The notes under the pieces: model-generated | Told to the model about the DNA's origin: nothing | Databases searched by the model: none | The model's input: only the letters and a program-made list of their open reading frames with translations | Translations under genes and position numbers: made by a program | In this document: one piece after another, positions 22,210 to 34,341 of the stretch | Numbering within the stretch: the stretch's first letter is position 1 | Layout of the letters: every line of letters starts with the position of its first letter | From: Blasia pusilla | Lineage: Eukaryota | Reading direction: 5' to 3' | Length of the DNA: 64,000 nucleotides | Assembly: GCA_050084515.1 (NCBI GenBank) | Contig: CM114271.1 | Span: 1,116,001 to 1,180,000 of the forward strand

Positions 22210-23620
22210 CACGATGGAGACTTGGGAGCCAGATATGGGCCCTAAGTTGACAGGAGGAGAGCGGCGCCGAATAGACCAGTTCCTTAGGAGTTATAGGAGT
22301 TATTTTGCGTTTATCATGGAGGATTTGGGTACTTTGAAGGGACCAGGGATCCGCATTGAGTACTCGAGTGATACGCCGATCTTCGACGATCCTACAGGTA
22401 CATTGATATGGAAAGGGCTCTGATTCAAAGTAGGAGCCAAGACTTGGTTGGAGCAGGACTAGTGAAGATGTTGCATGGGGAGTATGCATCTGCCATTGAC
22501 ATGCCTGCCAAGAAGGATATGTATGGCAACTGGACGGATAGGCGGATGTGTGGGGATTACCGGCCTATCAATCGGCAGACAAAATCTGATAGGTATGCCA
22601 TGCCCACTCTTGAGGAGATATTTGATGCATTGGTCACGTAAAGGTCTTTAGTTCATTGGATTTGCGAACTAGATACCATCAGTTGCCTATCAGATTGGAG
22701 AACAGGAAAAAGATGGCATTTTGGGGTATCGATCCTCACGGGAAGGATTATTTGTACTAGTGGCAATTCTTACGATTTGGGTTAAAGAACACCCTCGCTG
22801 AGTTTCAGAGAGTCATGGATAGGATCTTGGCATGTATGGATTTTGCTAGGTGTTATATTGATGATATCGTAGTCTTTAGAGCCACGGTTGAAGAGCATGA
22901 GCGACATCTAGAGGAGGTGTTTCGACAATTACAGCTACATGGGATGAAGCTACATCTAGACAAGGGTAAGTTTTTCTACAACCAGATTGAGTACTTTGGC
23001 CATACGATATACCTAGGTGGCCTTGGTGTTCAGCAGACGAAGGTAGAGGTTATTTCACGCATTCCACGCCATGTGAGTCGCATTCGTGCATTCATGGGAT
23101 TGGCGAACTTCTATCGGCGGTACGTCAAGGGATTCAATTCGATTGCAAAGCCATTGACCTTTCTTACAAAGGTGGATCATGAGTGGCACAAGGGCGATGA
23201 GCATGAGCGAGCATTTTAGCTGCTCAAGGACATATTGACGTCCGTGCCCATCTTGAGGAGACCGATCAGGGGACGTCTTTTCCAGTTGTACACAGATTGA
23301 AGCATGTTGGGGCTTGGAGCGGTGCTCACGCAATATGATGATGAGGATAGAGAGTTCGTGGTGGCTTATGCTAGTCGTTCGAAAAATGTTGCAGAGGCAA
23401 AGTATAACTCATATGAGGGTGAGTGCTTGGCTGCGATGTGGGATGTCGCACATTTCAGGTGTTACTTATTCAGCAATCCCTTTACCATCATCACTAATCA
23501 TCAACCACTAAAGTGGTTGATGGAGTCCGACAAGCTTACAGGGAAGCTTGCGAGATGGGCTCGGTTGCTGCACAAGTATGATTTTCAAGTGGTACATAGA
23601 CTTGGGAAGCTCAACTAGGA
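22210..23620 (+). pseudogene. Reverse transcriptase and RNase H of element B
   Basis: RMCGDYRPIN, CYIDDIVVF, FMGLANFYRRYVKGF, VVAYASRS, TNHQPLKWL. Stops and frameshifts present. Confidence 0.95.
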
Positions 23621-24019
23621 TGCAAATGGACTCGAGTCGTAACGCATGCTTGAGTCAGCGAGATGCGACTGGAGCTCAATGGCATGGAGAGAGTGATGAG
23701 GAGTCAGTGCCAGAATGGCACGCATCAGCCTATTTAGGCTTGTTGGCTGTGGTGAGCCAAACTATGGAGACTTTGATAGCGAGGTCTGATGGAGAGTCCT
23801 TGGATCTCGAGGCCAGTGAGGAGACGACACGTGGCCGAGATATTCCCAATGATGGAGTAGTCTTGGAGTATCTGCATACAAGCAGCATTGCGAACACAGT
23901 GGGTGCTAGAGAGTGGGATCGAGTCCTACAATGGGCCAGACCGTTCCGTTGGGAGGGGACACATGTGCTGCGAGTGTGGGAGGATGGTAAAGTGCGTGTA
24001 GTGCCTCATCCTTATTAGA

Positions 24020-25150
24020 GAGCACGTTTAGTGCGTCATGCCCACGAGGAGTTGGGTCATTTTGGAGTGACCCAACTCCAACATTTTGAAGCGGACATAT
24101 AGCTTGCTTTAGATTCAGTATTATTGGCGAGGCATGCAGACTGACGTTTAGGAGTTTGTTGCCAAATGCATGGTGTGTGATCGAGTCTGAGCATCGTTTA
24201 GTGCTCCAACTCCACAGTTGCGTCCACTTCCAATCATGGGTTTAGGTTATAGATGGATTTTAGGTTTGGAGTTAGGACCTTTGCCTTTGATGGAGCACCA
24301 TAGTCGTTATGTGTTGGTGATGGTAAGCACTTCTTGAAATGGATAGAGTTGGTTACATTGCCTCACAAAGCAAGTGAGGGAGTAGCGTATGACTTCCTAG
24401 ATCAAGTGCTGAGTCATTACGATGCACCAGCTGAGGTGTTGACAGACGAGGGTACAGAGTTTCGCGGGGAGTTTCAGGCCTTGTGTGATCAGGCATTGAT
24501 CAACCACCGCACTACTTCGTGAGATCGTCCTGAGGCGGATGGACTAGCGGAGCGGGTTGTGCGAACGGTGAAGAGAGGACTACGCAAGTATGGCTTGCAG
24601 AGAGGTCACCTAGGAGATTGGGACCTTCACTTGCCGTGGTTGGTGATGGGATACAGATTCAGCAGGCAGGCATCCTTAGCGTCTTTCTCACCGTACTTTT
24701 TGCTTTATGGTTGTGAGCCAGATTTACCTACGGCCATTCGTCGAGATACTATTGAGGTGTTGAACCTTGATGACCCTGATGTATGGATGCGAGCATGTTC
24801 TGAGTGAGCAGACGGCACCCACGACGTTGGATGTGACTGTAGGGCGCACCATCTTGAGAGTGCGTGAGGTTTTGCCATACGGTATTCTCTTATTAGAGGG
24901 ACGCGATGGTATGGTTTGGAAGGACCATGTGCGTAACTATGCGCCATGTCATCTTCCAAACATTGACAATACAATTTATCCGAGCTTAGCAATAGTTCCT
25001 GTAGGCTTGCGGTGTATATTGTGTGGTTGCGCCCGTGGTGCATCCACTATGCTAATATGTGATGGGTGTTGGAGAGGATGGCATATGGCATGTTTGACGC
25101 CAACTCTCACTAGGGTTCCTCAGGGATGATGGATGTGTCCCATATGGACA
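24020..25150 (+). pseudogene. Integrase with C-terminal PHD finger, element B
   Basis: HAHEELGHFG, VLTDEGTEF, DGLAERVV. PHD is CILCGC..MLICDGC..WHMACLTP..VPQG*WMCP. About 140 bp are deleted at 24807 relative to family A. Confidence 0.92.
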
Positions 25151-25333
25151 TAGAGTAGGTAGTTCTACATTCCGACTTGTGTCTGTGATATGGATGACAA
25201 GAAGGCGACTAACGAAGTGGCCACATGAGCACCCGGCCTTCTTGCTCTTAGCGTCCGAGAGATTTATGTCATGGTAGGTAGGGATAGATGGCTATCTGGA
25301 GTTAGAGGGACCTAACCACCAGCTAGGGGGGCG

Positions 25334-26106
25334 ATTGGAGATATTTTGGTACTTCTTGTCTTGTTGTTTGGATGTCATAAGTTAGCATGGGATCGTGCAT
25401 GTTTGTGTGTGTGTTTGGTGACAGCGATGTATGTTGTGTAGCGATGTGTATGCGCATGACAGTTGTCATGTCTCTCAAGATAGATCGGTGAGATCTAGTA
25501 GAGCATCTTCGTGAGTAGCGGAGGACATGCTCAGTAGGTCGAGGATGACCTGTTGAGGCCCCATGAAACTTGAGAGAGTAGATTTCTCCTTTATTTCAGC
25601 TCATTTGGAGCCATATTGAAGAACTTACTATTTTAGCTAAGTACCATTTTTAGTATGTGATCGACTTTCTATTTTTGGTAAGTGGCCCTTGATCTCCTAC
25701 ATTAGGTCAAGAGCCAAGAAGGTGACTTGGGAGCATAGGTTACCATGGAGAGAGCTTTGGAAGAAGGGAGGGGTATACCTCAAGGAGAGAGAGCTTGAGA
25801 GCTCATTCTCTCTTTGTTGAACCTCTTGGCATAAGGCGGCGGAGTTATGGTCCCTTGCCTTGTGAATGTAACCCAAGCCTCTCATTAGGAGAGTGGGTTT
25901 GGTTTGACATGAGAGAGAGTGCACACCTTTGAGAGCTATGGTGTGAGATGGTCTAGAGAGAAATTGGATCTTACTTTTATTGGAGATATTTTGGTACTTC
26001 TTGTCTCGTTGTTTGGATGCCATGAGTTAGCATGGGATCGTGTGTGTTTGTATGTGTGTTCGGTAACAATGATGTATGTTATGTAGCGATGTGTATGCGC
26101 ACGATA
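25334..26106 (+). repeat. Family B 3' terminal block: B1 (25334-25461), spacer GT, A2 (25464-25978), B2 (25979-26106)
   Basis: The 128-bp B segment occurs twice. Junction CATGACA-GT-TGTCATG. PPT TAGGGGGGCG at 25324-25333. Confidence 0.93.
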
Positions 26107-27024
26107 AATTGTACAACTACATAGGGGAGGAGTAAGGCATATATCCAACGTGAATTAAGCCTATCTTCATATACACTTTGTTCTCTTATTTTTCAAAGGT
26201 GAAGTAGGTTGGCATCATAAAATATCCTTTGGGAGACTCTAAGGTAACTCAACATCACGACTTGTAAGAAGTTTTAGACATAGGGAGGAAGAGGATACTG
26301 AATTGTTAGATTATTGCAAAGAGGAAAGAAATGATGGGTATGTTATTGAGGAGACGAGGACATAGAGTACTAAGACATTGCAATTTGCAAGTTTTCTACT
26401 TCGAACACGGATAAGGGGAAGATGATAATCAACTACTTTGATTTGGTTGACTTACTCAAGAATATATGGTTGACATATATACCAGTGTGGAGATGCAAGG
26501 ATTACCATGGGAAAAGTTAAATCAAAAGGAGCTAAAAGATGATTTATATCAAGGTGTAAACAATGTCGTGTATGGATATGATGTTGATAGCACAAGATTT
26601 GGGAGATATGTTGTAAAACCCTCATCTTTTATTAGAGACTCACGTCATGTGCATAAATTTTATTAAGATGCAATGGTAATAAGATTGGAAAGTCACATGA
26701 GTATTCAACAACAAACTCTTTTTTATTGACTATTGGAGGTGGGAGAAGGTTATCCGTCTACCTTTGCATCCTCATTTGGGAGAAGACTTCATACGATTAC
26801 AACTTGAAATGGTTAATGGTAGTAACAATGTATGCAATCTTATTGATCTTATCTACAAAATAATCTTCTTTCCAATTTCATGACATTGACTTCTTGAGAG
26901 TAGGGTTGCACTGCAATGGACATGCCCAACATGTCCTCCCGCATGCACCCGACTTTTTTATATATATATATGACTATTCATAAGTCTCAAGGTTAAATTC
27001 TATATAAAGTAGGAATTTATTTAT
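26107..27024 (+). pseudogene. Helitron H1 RepHel remnant, middle part (internally deleted)
   Basis: 26107-26680 aligns with 50361-50940 (YMVDIYTSVEMQ..LNQKELK..LYQG). 26720-26900 aligns with 53710-53880, and 26980-27024 with 54420-54465. Confidence 0.88.
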
Positions 27025-28180
27025 TGTGATACCCACAATTTTGAACTTCGGAAGAAATTTATCTTTTTATTGAACAAAGACTCTTGTACATTATGGTTTT
27101 GATTATTATATACTATCATGGAGAAGAAAGAGTAAGATTCAAGTGAATCATGAAGCTCCTAGGACAAGGCAGAGAGTTGGAAGATCAAGGATTTGCCTTA
27201 GAGGAGAAGCAAATGCAGTAACGAAGTCTAAAAGACCAAAACAAAGCTTAACGAAGCTCAACGAGGCTCAGACACGAAGTATTTTGCTCTTAGCAAAGCA
27301 CGAAGAACGAAGAATGAAGAGCTTTGTCCTCAAGAAATTCAGAGCAGCGAAGCTCAGTGTGCTTGTGATTGGAACCGACACATAGTTAAAACAGTTAGCC
27401 TAGGAAGAGGCGCAACCATTTGTATCAGATAGACAGTTAGGACAATTTTGTTCTCCGGATTCCTAGGGATCATTGGAAAAGGAAAGCACACCATAGATCT
27501 AGGTAGTTACATATATTGAAGAGACACCAACTTCATCAAGAACGTTGCGGATCTTGGAAACGCTCCTACTCCCGAGAATATTTAAGAAATAGGACACAAG
27601 CTACAATTATCATTCGCTCATGAAGTCCTTATGCCGTAGGAATGGTCTGAGCAAGAGAGTAGTAACCTCTCGAAGCTTTATACGCTTTAAAGTCTTCCCA
27701 TTCTTTATGGAATAATAAACCACTCATTCATTCATTCTGATGTGCGAGGCTTACGTTGGGATAGTCTTTTTGGGTCTGCAGAGTGAAGAGTGAAATCAGA
27801 CAAACCTTTCTCATCAATGGAATAATCAACATGGAGTTGTATGAAATATGTTTGACATAGAGTAGCCTGCCAAGACGGATTGAGTTCCGAAAGTAGGAGA
27901 AGCCAACCTTATTGTTGAGATCTCTGTGAGGTTCCTAGATGTCAAGAGAACAATTTGCCTGAGCGTGCTTTAAATTCCATCGGAGAAAATTGAAGAAGAA
28001 AACATAGGTATTGAGAAGGATCGGAAGATGTTACTGGAATACTGCAATTGAATTACATAATCAACCATACTACTCTTACAACATAATAATCACTTTACCC
28101 TCTCTTTTCATCAAGCAATGATCCTCTTGGGGATCGAACTTACTAAATCGACTATAAAATAGAAACACTTGTACATTACA
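27025..28180 (+). repeat. 5' LTR of element D
   Basis: About 98% identical to 36511-37692. TGTGATAC..ATTACA. Confidence 0.95.
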
Positions 28181-28197
28181 TATAACAAGAAACTTTT

Positions 28198-28217
28198 TTG
28201 CGCCGCTGCCGGGGATC
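28198..28217 (+). promoter_or_regulatory. PBS of element D (tRNA-Asp type as in Athila-like elements)
   Basis: TTGCGCCGCTGCCGGGGATC resembles the Athila PBS TGGCGCCGTTGCCGGGGA. Confidence 0.7.
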
Positions 28218-28647
28218 ATATTCTTGGCTGAGAAGGGAGAGAGACCCATGGGGAATCCGGGAGCGGAGAAAGAAGCTTCGCCCCCTAGAAGACCCAAAAA
28301 TATAGTTCTTACTGAAGACCATCTGCTAGCTCTAGCGATCCCCTTAAAGACAATGGATGCTTGAAGACAACAATAGATTTGCTGCATTGGTGCTAGAGAA
28401 AATAGACCAACTAATTAGAATTGTCAAAGAACCAGTCGCCGAACGGTGCTTCGCCCATGAACGATAGTAGTACTTGGTGAAAACCCGGTACTTCTGTTTA
28501 TGGGAGGAAAACCTGGCAGGAAGATTAGGAGCACCAGGCATGCTCCTGTAGGTGTAGAAAGAAGAAGTAGTTAACCTCCCTCCATGGACCCTTACCCTGT
28601 CACCACCGTGGGGGTGAACGCAAGTTGCCAAATCCCACAAGAGACTT

Positions 28648-31161
28648 ATGGAAGGCTCTCGGCCCTCTTCGCGAGAGCAGCGAGCCGATCGGCGCAGTAA
28701 GCAGCAGGAAGAGCAACCGGCTTGGAGACCGCCTGGTTCGTCTCCAGGTCTTTGTCCTCGTCCGAAGCCAAAGAGCAAGAAGAAAGACAGGGACAAAGGC
28801 TCCACTACGTCCCCTGCCAGTTCACAGTCGGACGAAGAGTCGTATTGGGACCCCTTTGGGGAGTCAGGGAGCGAGGAGCCGATCAGACCACCTCGGGCGG
28901 AACCGTTACCTTCCCCCTCTCGAGCATCAAGCCCGGGAGCCAGCAGGAGAGCGGTGCCCATGGCCAATACTAGAAAAACTCTGCTAAGGTACCCCACCTT
29001 TGCTGGGGGACGACGAGACGATGTGGATAACTTTGTGCTTGAATTCACCCATGTCGCAAAAGCCAATGGGGAAGGTGCAGAGGAGGATTTGTTACAAGTC
29101 TTTCCTGGCCTGCTCAAGAAGCGAGCAAGCCAGTGGTACGAAGGTCTCGGAGCAGATGTCACGGAAACTTGGAAAAGGGTCTTGGAATCCTTCCTACATG
29201 AGTTCCGCGACTTGGAGTTCGAGGACAGGCTTCTTACGAAGCTTCGCGACCTGAAGCAAAGAAAGAAGGGGACCCTCAAGGAATATACCCAAAGGTTCCG
29301 GAGCCTAGTGAATAAGATGGAGCACACGACTACCTCCCAATTGGTAGATTGGTTCGAGTCCGGCTTGTCCAAAGAAATGGATCGGTATTTCCGGCGAGGC
29401 CAACGGGATTCCCTGGAGGCGGTCATAGCCTCCGCTGAGGCATACGAGGCCTCAGAGAAGTCCCGCAGAACACGAAGACGGCGTCACCAACGGAGAGGGG
29501 CGTCGCAGACTAGTGCTTCGTCTGAAGACAAAGCGTCCTCCACAGACACGGAATCCTCTACGGAGGATACGTCCGAGTCCTTGGACTCGGAGCAGGAGGT
29601 GAAAGCTAAAAGGAAAGGGAAGAGCAGGCATCATCGCTCCCCCAAGCACCAGAACAAAACCCGACCAAGCACCAAACATCGTCCCCAACGGTCGGAAAGT
29701 CCAGTGAGAGGGACGGCAAGGAAGTCCGGCAAGTCGGCCATGGAAGAACTCAGTAAACAAATGGCTGAGTTGAAGGTACATTTGGCGGCCGAGAAGGACC
29801 CCAGAAGACGACCCGGGCTGATGAGGCACAACATTTGGTGTAGTAGTTGCGGAACCCAAGGGCATACTGTACAGGAATGCCCTACGCAGAGGGATCTACG
29901 GTGGATCCAGGAAGAGGCCACTATTGAAGAAGGGTGGTATGAACCTGACCAGTGGGAAGGATGCTATGCCGTCCAAGCTGTGCCACCCCCAAACCCCGGG
30001 AGAAGCTGGATCACGCGGTATGTGCCTCCGGAATACGGGGAACAAAGACCCCTGAGACAGATTATGGGCGCGGAAGCCTTCACGCCACCCATCAAACAAA
30101 ATTGTTGTTATAACTGCGGCGCAGCGGACCATTGGGCCAACAATTGCCCAAACCCAAAGCGACCAGTGGGACTCAATCCCTTATGCGGGAACTGCAAGAA
30201 GGGCGGACACACTGCCGTAGAATGCCCGGAGCCCAAGGTCCCGCGGTTGTTGGTCAGATATGTCAACACTCCAGCGGCTCAACTGGAGCCCAAAAATGAC
30301 GTAAATGTACAACTTGTCCGAGTGGAAGAAGTAGTGTCCCCGAGACCAAAGCGAGTCACTATCAGTGAGGAAGACTCGACCGAAGGGGCCAAGGAGGAAT
30401 CATCGGACTGGCCCAAAGAGTTCCAAGAGACCGTTCAGGCTGTCACCACGAGCTCAAAGAGTCAGACCGCGGGGATCCCAAAGGTAAAGAAGGGTGCTTC
30501 GTCTTTGCGCAAAGCTAGGGAGCCCAAGACCAAAGCTGGGAACACCTTACGTGTTGGGAAGGCCATCCTCAAAGGCGATATGGACCCGGCCTTTGATCGA
30601 AGTCATCCGAGGTACTTCCATCAGGATGTAGAGGACCAGGTTCGTGCTCAAGTGCGTGAGGACCAGGAGCCAAAGGGGAGACAGACCCCTGAGAAGACAA
30701 AGACCAAACCAAGTCCGACAGTCCAAGCCATTGCGACATCACCGCTGGTCCTAGAAGCTTATGACTTACCGAGGGACTTGGCGTCAACCCCGGCCAACAT
30801 AACCCTGCTACAATTGCTAATGGATAACCCAATGTACGGAAAAATTTTGCAGCAGTGGAAAATAAGCCGAAAAAAGCCCAGGAAGTCGGCAAAGCATTTG
30901 CCAGTGGTGGATCTGTTCCGGATCAAAGTAGAAGACTTGGGAGCCCCAGAGGTGGAGGTGGAAATTGAGGGCCATACCATTAAGAAGGTCCCCATTGATT
31001 CCGGAAGCAAAATAAACATTATGACGGAGCAAACAGCTTGGGCACTAGGGTATACAGAGTACGAGCCCACAGACAAGTATCTGCGGTTTGCGGATCAATC
31101 CAGGAAGAGACCCCTAGGACAGCTCACTCAAATTCTGACCATGCTCATTTGGACTACTTAG
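28648..31161 (+). CDS. Gag-protease of element D
   Basis: Retrotrans-gag-like region (LKQRKKGTLKEYTQRF), three CCHC knuckles (CSSCGTQGHTVQEC, CYNCGAADHWANNC, CGNCKKGGHTAVEC), protease PIDSGSKINIM. Frameshift near 31150. Confidence 0.92.
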   Translation: MEGSRPSSREQRADRRSKQQEEQPAWRPPGSSPGLCPRPKPKSKKKDRDKGSTTSPASSQSDEESYWDPFGESGSEEPIRPPRAEPLPSPSRASSPGASRRAVPMANTRKTLLRYPTFAGGRRDDVDNFVLEFTHVAKANGEGAEEDLLQVFPGLLKKRASQWYEGLGADVTETWKRVLESFLHEFRDLEFEDRLLTKLRDLKQRKKGTLKEYTQRFRSLVNKMEHTTTSQLVDWFESGLSKEMDRYFRRGQRDSLEAVIASAEAYEASEKSRRTRRRRHQRRGASQTSASSEDKASSTDTESSTEDTSESLDSEQEVKAKRKGKSRHHRSPKHQNKTRPSTKHRPQRSESPVRGTARKSGKSAMEELSKQMAELKVHLAAEKDPRRRPGLMRHNIWCSSCGTQGHTVQECPTQRDLRWIQEEATIEEGWYEPDQWEGCYAVQAVPPPNPGRSWITRYVPPEYGEQRPLRQIMGAEAFTPPIKQNCCYNCGAADHWANNCPNPKRPVGLNPLCGNCKKGGHTAVECPEPKVPRLLVRYVNTPAAQLEPKNDVNVQLVRVEEVVSPRPKRVTISEEDSTEGAKEESSDWPKEFQETVQAVTTSSKSQTAGIPKVKKGASSLRKAREPKTKAGNTLRVGKAILKGDMDPAFDRSHPRYFHQDVEDQVRAQVREDQEPKGRQTPEKTKTKPSPTVQAIATSPLVLEAYDLPRDLASTPANITLLQLLMDNPMYGKILQQWKISRKKPRKSAKHLPVVDLFRIKVEDLGAPEVEVEIEGHTIKKVPIDSGSKINIMTEQTAWALGYTEYEPTDKYLRFADQSRKRPLGQLTQILTMLIWTT

Positions 31162-34100
31162 TCTTGCAGCCCCTGACCACCACGGGCTATCCTTTGCTCA
31201 TCGGAAGACCCTGGCTGTATGGCGTGAGGGTGACTACGGATTGGAAAAGGCGACGTTTCACATTCCAGGCACCGAATCAGGTCTCGAAGCGGCTCATCAA
31301 GCTGGCGTGGAAATCACGACCACCCCAAGGAGAGACGCCACCGACTGACGACGGCTATACGTCAGATCAAGACCCCACAACAACTACGGAGTCCTCGTCC
31401 CAGGTGTATTATTTAGAATGTTACGAAATAGACGAGGAGTTGGTACCCTCCAAGCCGAGGTCGACCCGAGAGGAAGAGAAGCTAGGTCATAGCACCTTCC
31501 AATTTACAGAGAACATGGTTCAGGAGCAGGACTACGTCCAGGTCGTTATTGCAGATCAAAAGTCTCTCCGCCTTTCGGCAGATTTGTCTCCCACCACACT
31601 TATGAAGTATAAAAGACTACTGTTTGAGTATTTGGATGTCTTTGCATACTCCATGGATGAAATGACAAGCATTCCCGCTCGGTATGGTGAACACCGGATT
31701 GATCTTAAAGAAGGGGCGGTCCCGGTGCGAATGCGACAATATCGACTGAATCCAAAGTACTCATTGTTAGTCAAGGACGAGATCGACCAGCGTCTCGAGG
31801 CAGGAATAATTTATCCTGTGTTAAGCAGCGAGTGGGTATCGCCCATCGGAATTGTACCAAAAAAAAAAACGGGGAAAATCCGAGTGTGCCAGGATTATCG
31901 GAGATTAAATGCTGCCACCTTAAAAGACCACCATCCTTTACCTTTCACTGAAAGTTTTTTGGATAAAGTTGCCGAGCACGAGCGTTATACTTTCTTGGAC
32001 GGATACTCGGGTTATAACCAGTTATCCATACGAGAAAAGGATCGTCCCCTCACCACGTTCACCACAGACTGGGGAACTTTCGCATATCACGTAATGCCTT
32101 TTGGGTTATGCAATGCCCCAACTACTTTCCAACGAATGATGATCTCCATCTTCCAGGAGTATCTGAGGAATTTCGGGGAAATCTTTTTGGACGAGTTTTG
32201 TATCTTCAGTACAGAGGCCAAACATCTGGAAAAGTTAGAGTTAACACTCGCGCGTTGTCGTGAAGTGCATTTGTCCCTTCATCCGGACAAATCGTATATT
32301 GCTATGAAACAAGGAATTCTGTTGGGACACATAGTTTCGGCTCAAGGAATTGAGGTCGACAAGGCCAAGATGGATATTATCGTCGCATTGGAACCACCTA
32401 CTAATCTCCCGGAAGTGAGAGGATTCTTGGGACACGTCGGGTATTATCGACGGTTTATTAAATATTATGCGGTAAAAGAGGGAGCTCTTACTGCATTACG
32501 TAAAAAGACCACCGAAGGGGAGTGGACACCAGCGTGCCAAGCGGCATTTGACACCTTAAAAGACGCATTGCAAAAAGCTCCTGTACTCCGGTCCCCCGAT
32601 TGGACCAAACCCTTCCACGTATATGTGGACACATCCTCATTTGCCATTGGAGTAGTGCTCAGCCAATTGGATGAGAACAAACATGACTTTCCGATTTACT
32701 ACGCCGGCCGACAACTATCGGCAGCGGAGCAGAAATATACAACTACCGAACGAGAGGCGTTAGGCATGGTCTTCTCGTGTAAAAAGTTCCGACACTATTT
32801 ATTAGGGTACGAATTTGTCTTCCATGTTGATCATTTTGCACTCAGACCCTTAAAGGTGAAAGCAGACTTGTCAGGGCGCATTGCACGGTGGATCTTGTTG
32901 CTACAAGAATTCACATTTGATGTTGCTACCCGTGCCGGCAAGGTGCATACCGATGCAGATTTTCTTTCCCGGTTGAGGATGACAAACGCGGACCTCACCC
33001 AATCCGTCGATGATACCTTTCCCGATGAAGACGTGTTCCAGATAACAGAGGATCGGTTGAGCCAGTCTTTTTATGAGGATATTTTGCGTTTTCTAATGAC
33101 TCTGCGACTTCCGGCCCCGATGACAGCGGAAGAACGCGCAGTTTTCTTACATCAGATAGGACCATATGAGATTTTTCAAGGGGTCCTATTCAAATTAGGT
33201 GCTGATGAAGAGTATCGACGATGCTTGGAAGCATAAGAAGTCCCCCAGGTCATCAGAGCCCTGCATATGGCTGATTCTGGTGGACACTATGCGGTAAAAA
33301 ATACCGTTAAGAAAATTTTGGCCGCACGTTATTGGTGGCCAACTATGTACAAAGACGTAGGTAATTTTATCCGGAGTTGTGATGCCTGTCAAAGAGCAGG
33401 TCGACCCACGGCAACTACGCGGTGGCCTTTGGTCCCCATCATGCCCCTAGCTCCTTTTGAAAAATGGGGCATTGACTTCATGGGCCCTATCTCCCCGGCC
33501 ACTCGCCAAACCCGACGGAAGTATATTCTTATCTCCACTGACTATTGTACTAAGATGGTTGAAGCAGTAGCCACGCGAAAAGATGACAGTGAAGCAATGG
33601 CCAAGTTTTTATACGAGATGGTTATCACGCGGTATGGCTGTCCGTTGGAACTAGTTAGTGACCGTGGCACGCACTTCTTAAACCAGACTGTTGAGTCTCT
33701 CACTTCCCACTTTCTCATTAAGCATCGGAAAACCACCCCCAACAACCCTAAAGCCAACGGGTCGACGGAAAAAATCTAACGGCCTTATTTGCCGAATATT
33801 GAATCGATTGACGGTAACATATTCCTATGATTGGGGCACACAAATTGCCGCAGCATTATGGGCGTACCGAACAACTGAGAAGGTTACTAATAAATACACC
33901 CCGTTCTTCTTGACGTATGGCATCCATCCCTTAACACCTATTCAATGGGCTTTGCCCACTTATCGGGTATTGGAGGGAACAAGAACGGAAGCCGTGGGCA
34001 AAGTTCTCGAACATAGGAATGAGACCTTGGTTGCGTTGGAAGAGGCACGCATGCTTGCGTTACGCCGAACAGCCCAAGTGCAAAATGAACGTAAGACACG

Positions 34101-34341
34101 TTACGATCGACATCTCCGGCCACAATCTATCAGTGTTGGAGACTTAGTGCTATTGTATGATAACCGGCAGCTCAAGTTCCCCGGAAAATTAAAATGAAAT
34201 TGGATGGGACCCTACCGGGTATTGGCCATCTATGATAATGGATCCCTACAATTAGAAACCTTACAAGGAGACTCCCTGCCAAATTGAGTCAATGGCATGC
34301 ATGTGCGCCGTTATTATGAGCCCGAACCTGGTGCGGACTAA
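31150..34341 (+). pseudogene. Pol (RT-RNaseH-integrase) of element D
   Basis: FLDGYSGYNQ, MPFGLCNAP, IFLDEF (altered DD motif), VYVDTS, GHY..CDAC, WGIDFMGP, VSDRGTHF. Stop at 33234, frameshift near 33775. Confidence 0.93.

Larger units (their letters stand above)
15495..26106 (+). mobile_element. Full-length degenerate Ty3/Gypsy-like retroelement family B: gag-PR-DNMT3-RT-RH-INT-PHD with split-repeat termini
   Basis: TGTCAC at 15495 and ACGATA (decayed ACGACA) at 26106. Perfect 4-bp TSD AATT (15491-15494 and 26107-26110). All domains are collinear. Confidence 0.93.

Noticed and set aside
15495-26106. DIRS/Ngaro tyrosine-recombinase retrotransposon, suggested by the split repeats and a methyltransferase
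   Set aside because: No tyrosine recombinase is seen. It has a protease, a DDE integrase, TG..CA ends and a TSD, and the MTase is C5-type, not the DAM-like MT of DIRS.
28344-29426. 360-aa minus-strand ORF
   Set aside because: Antisense shadow of the GC-rich gag of element D with no recognisable motif.
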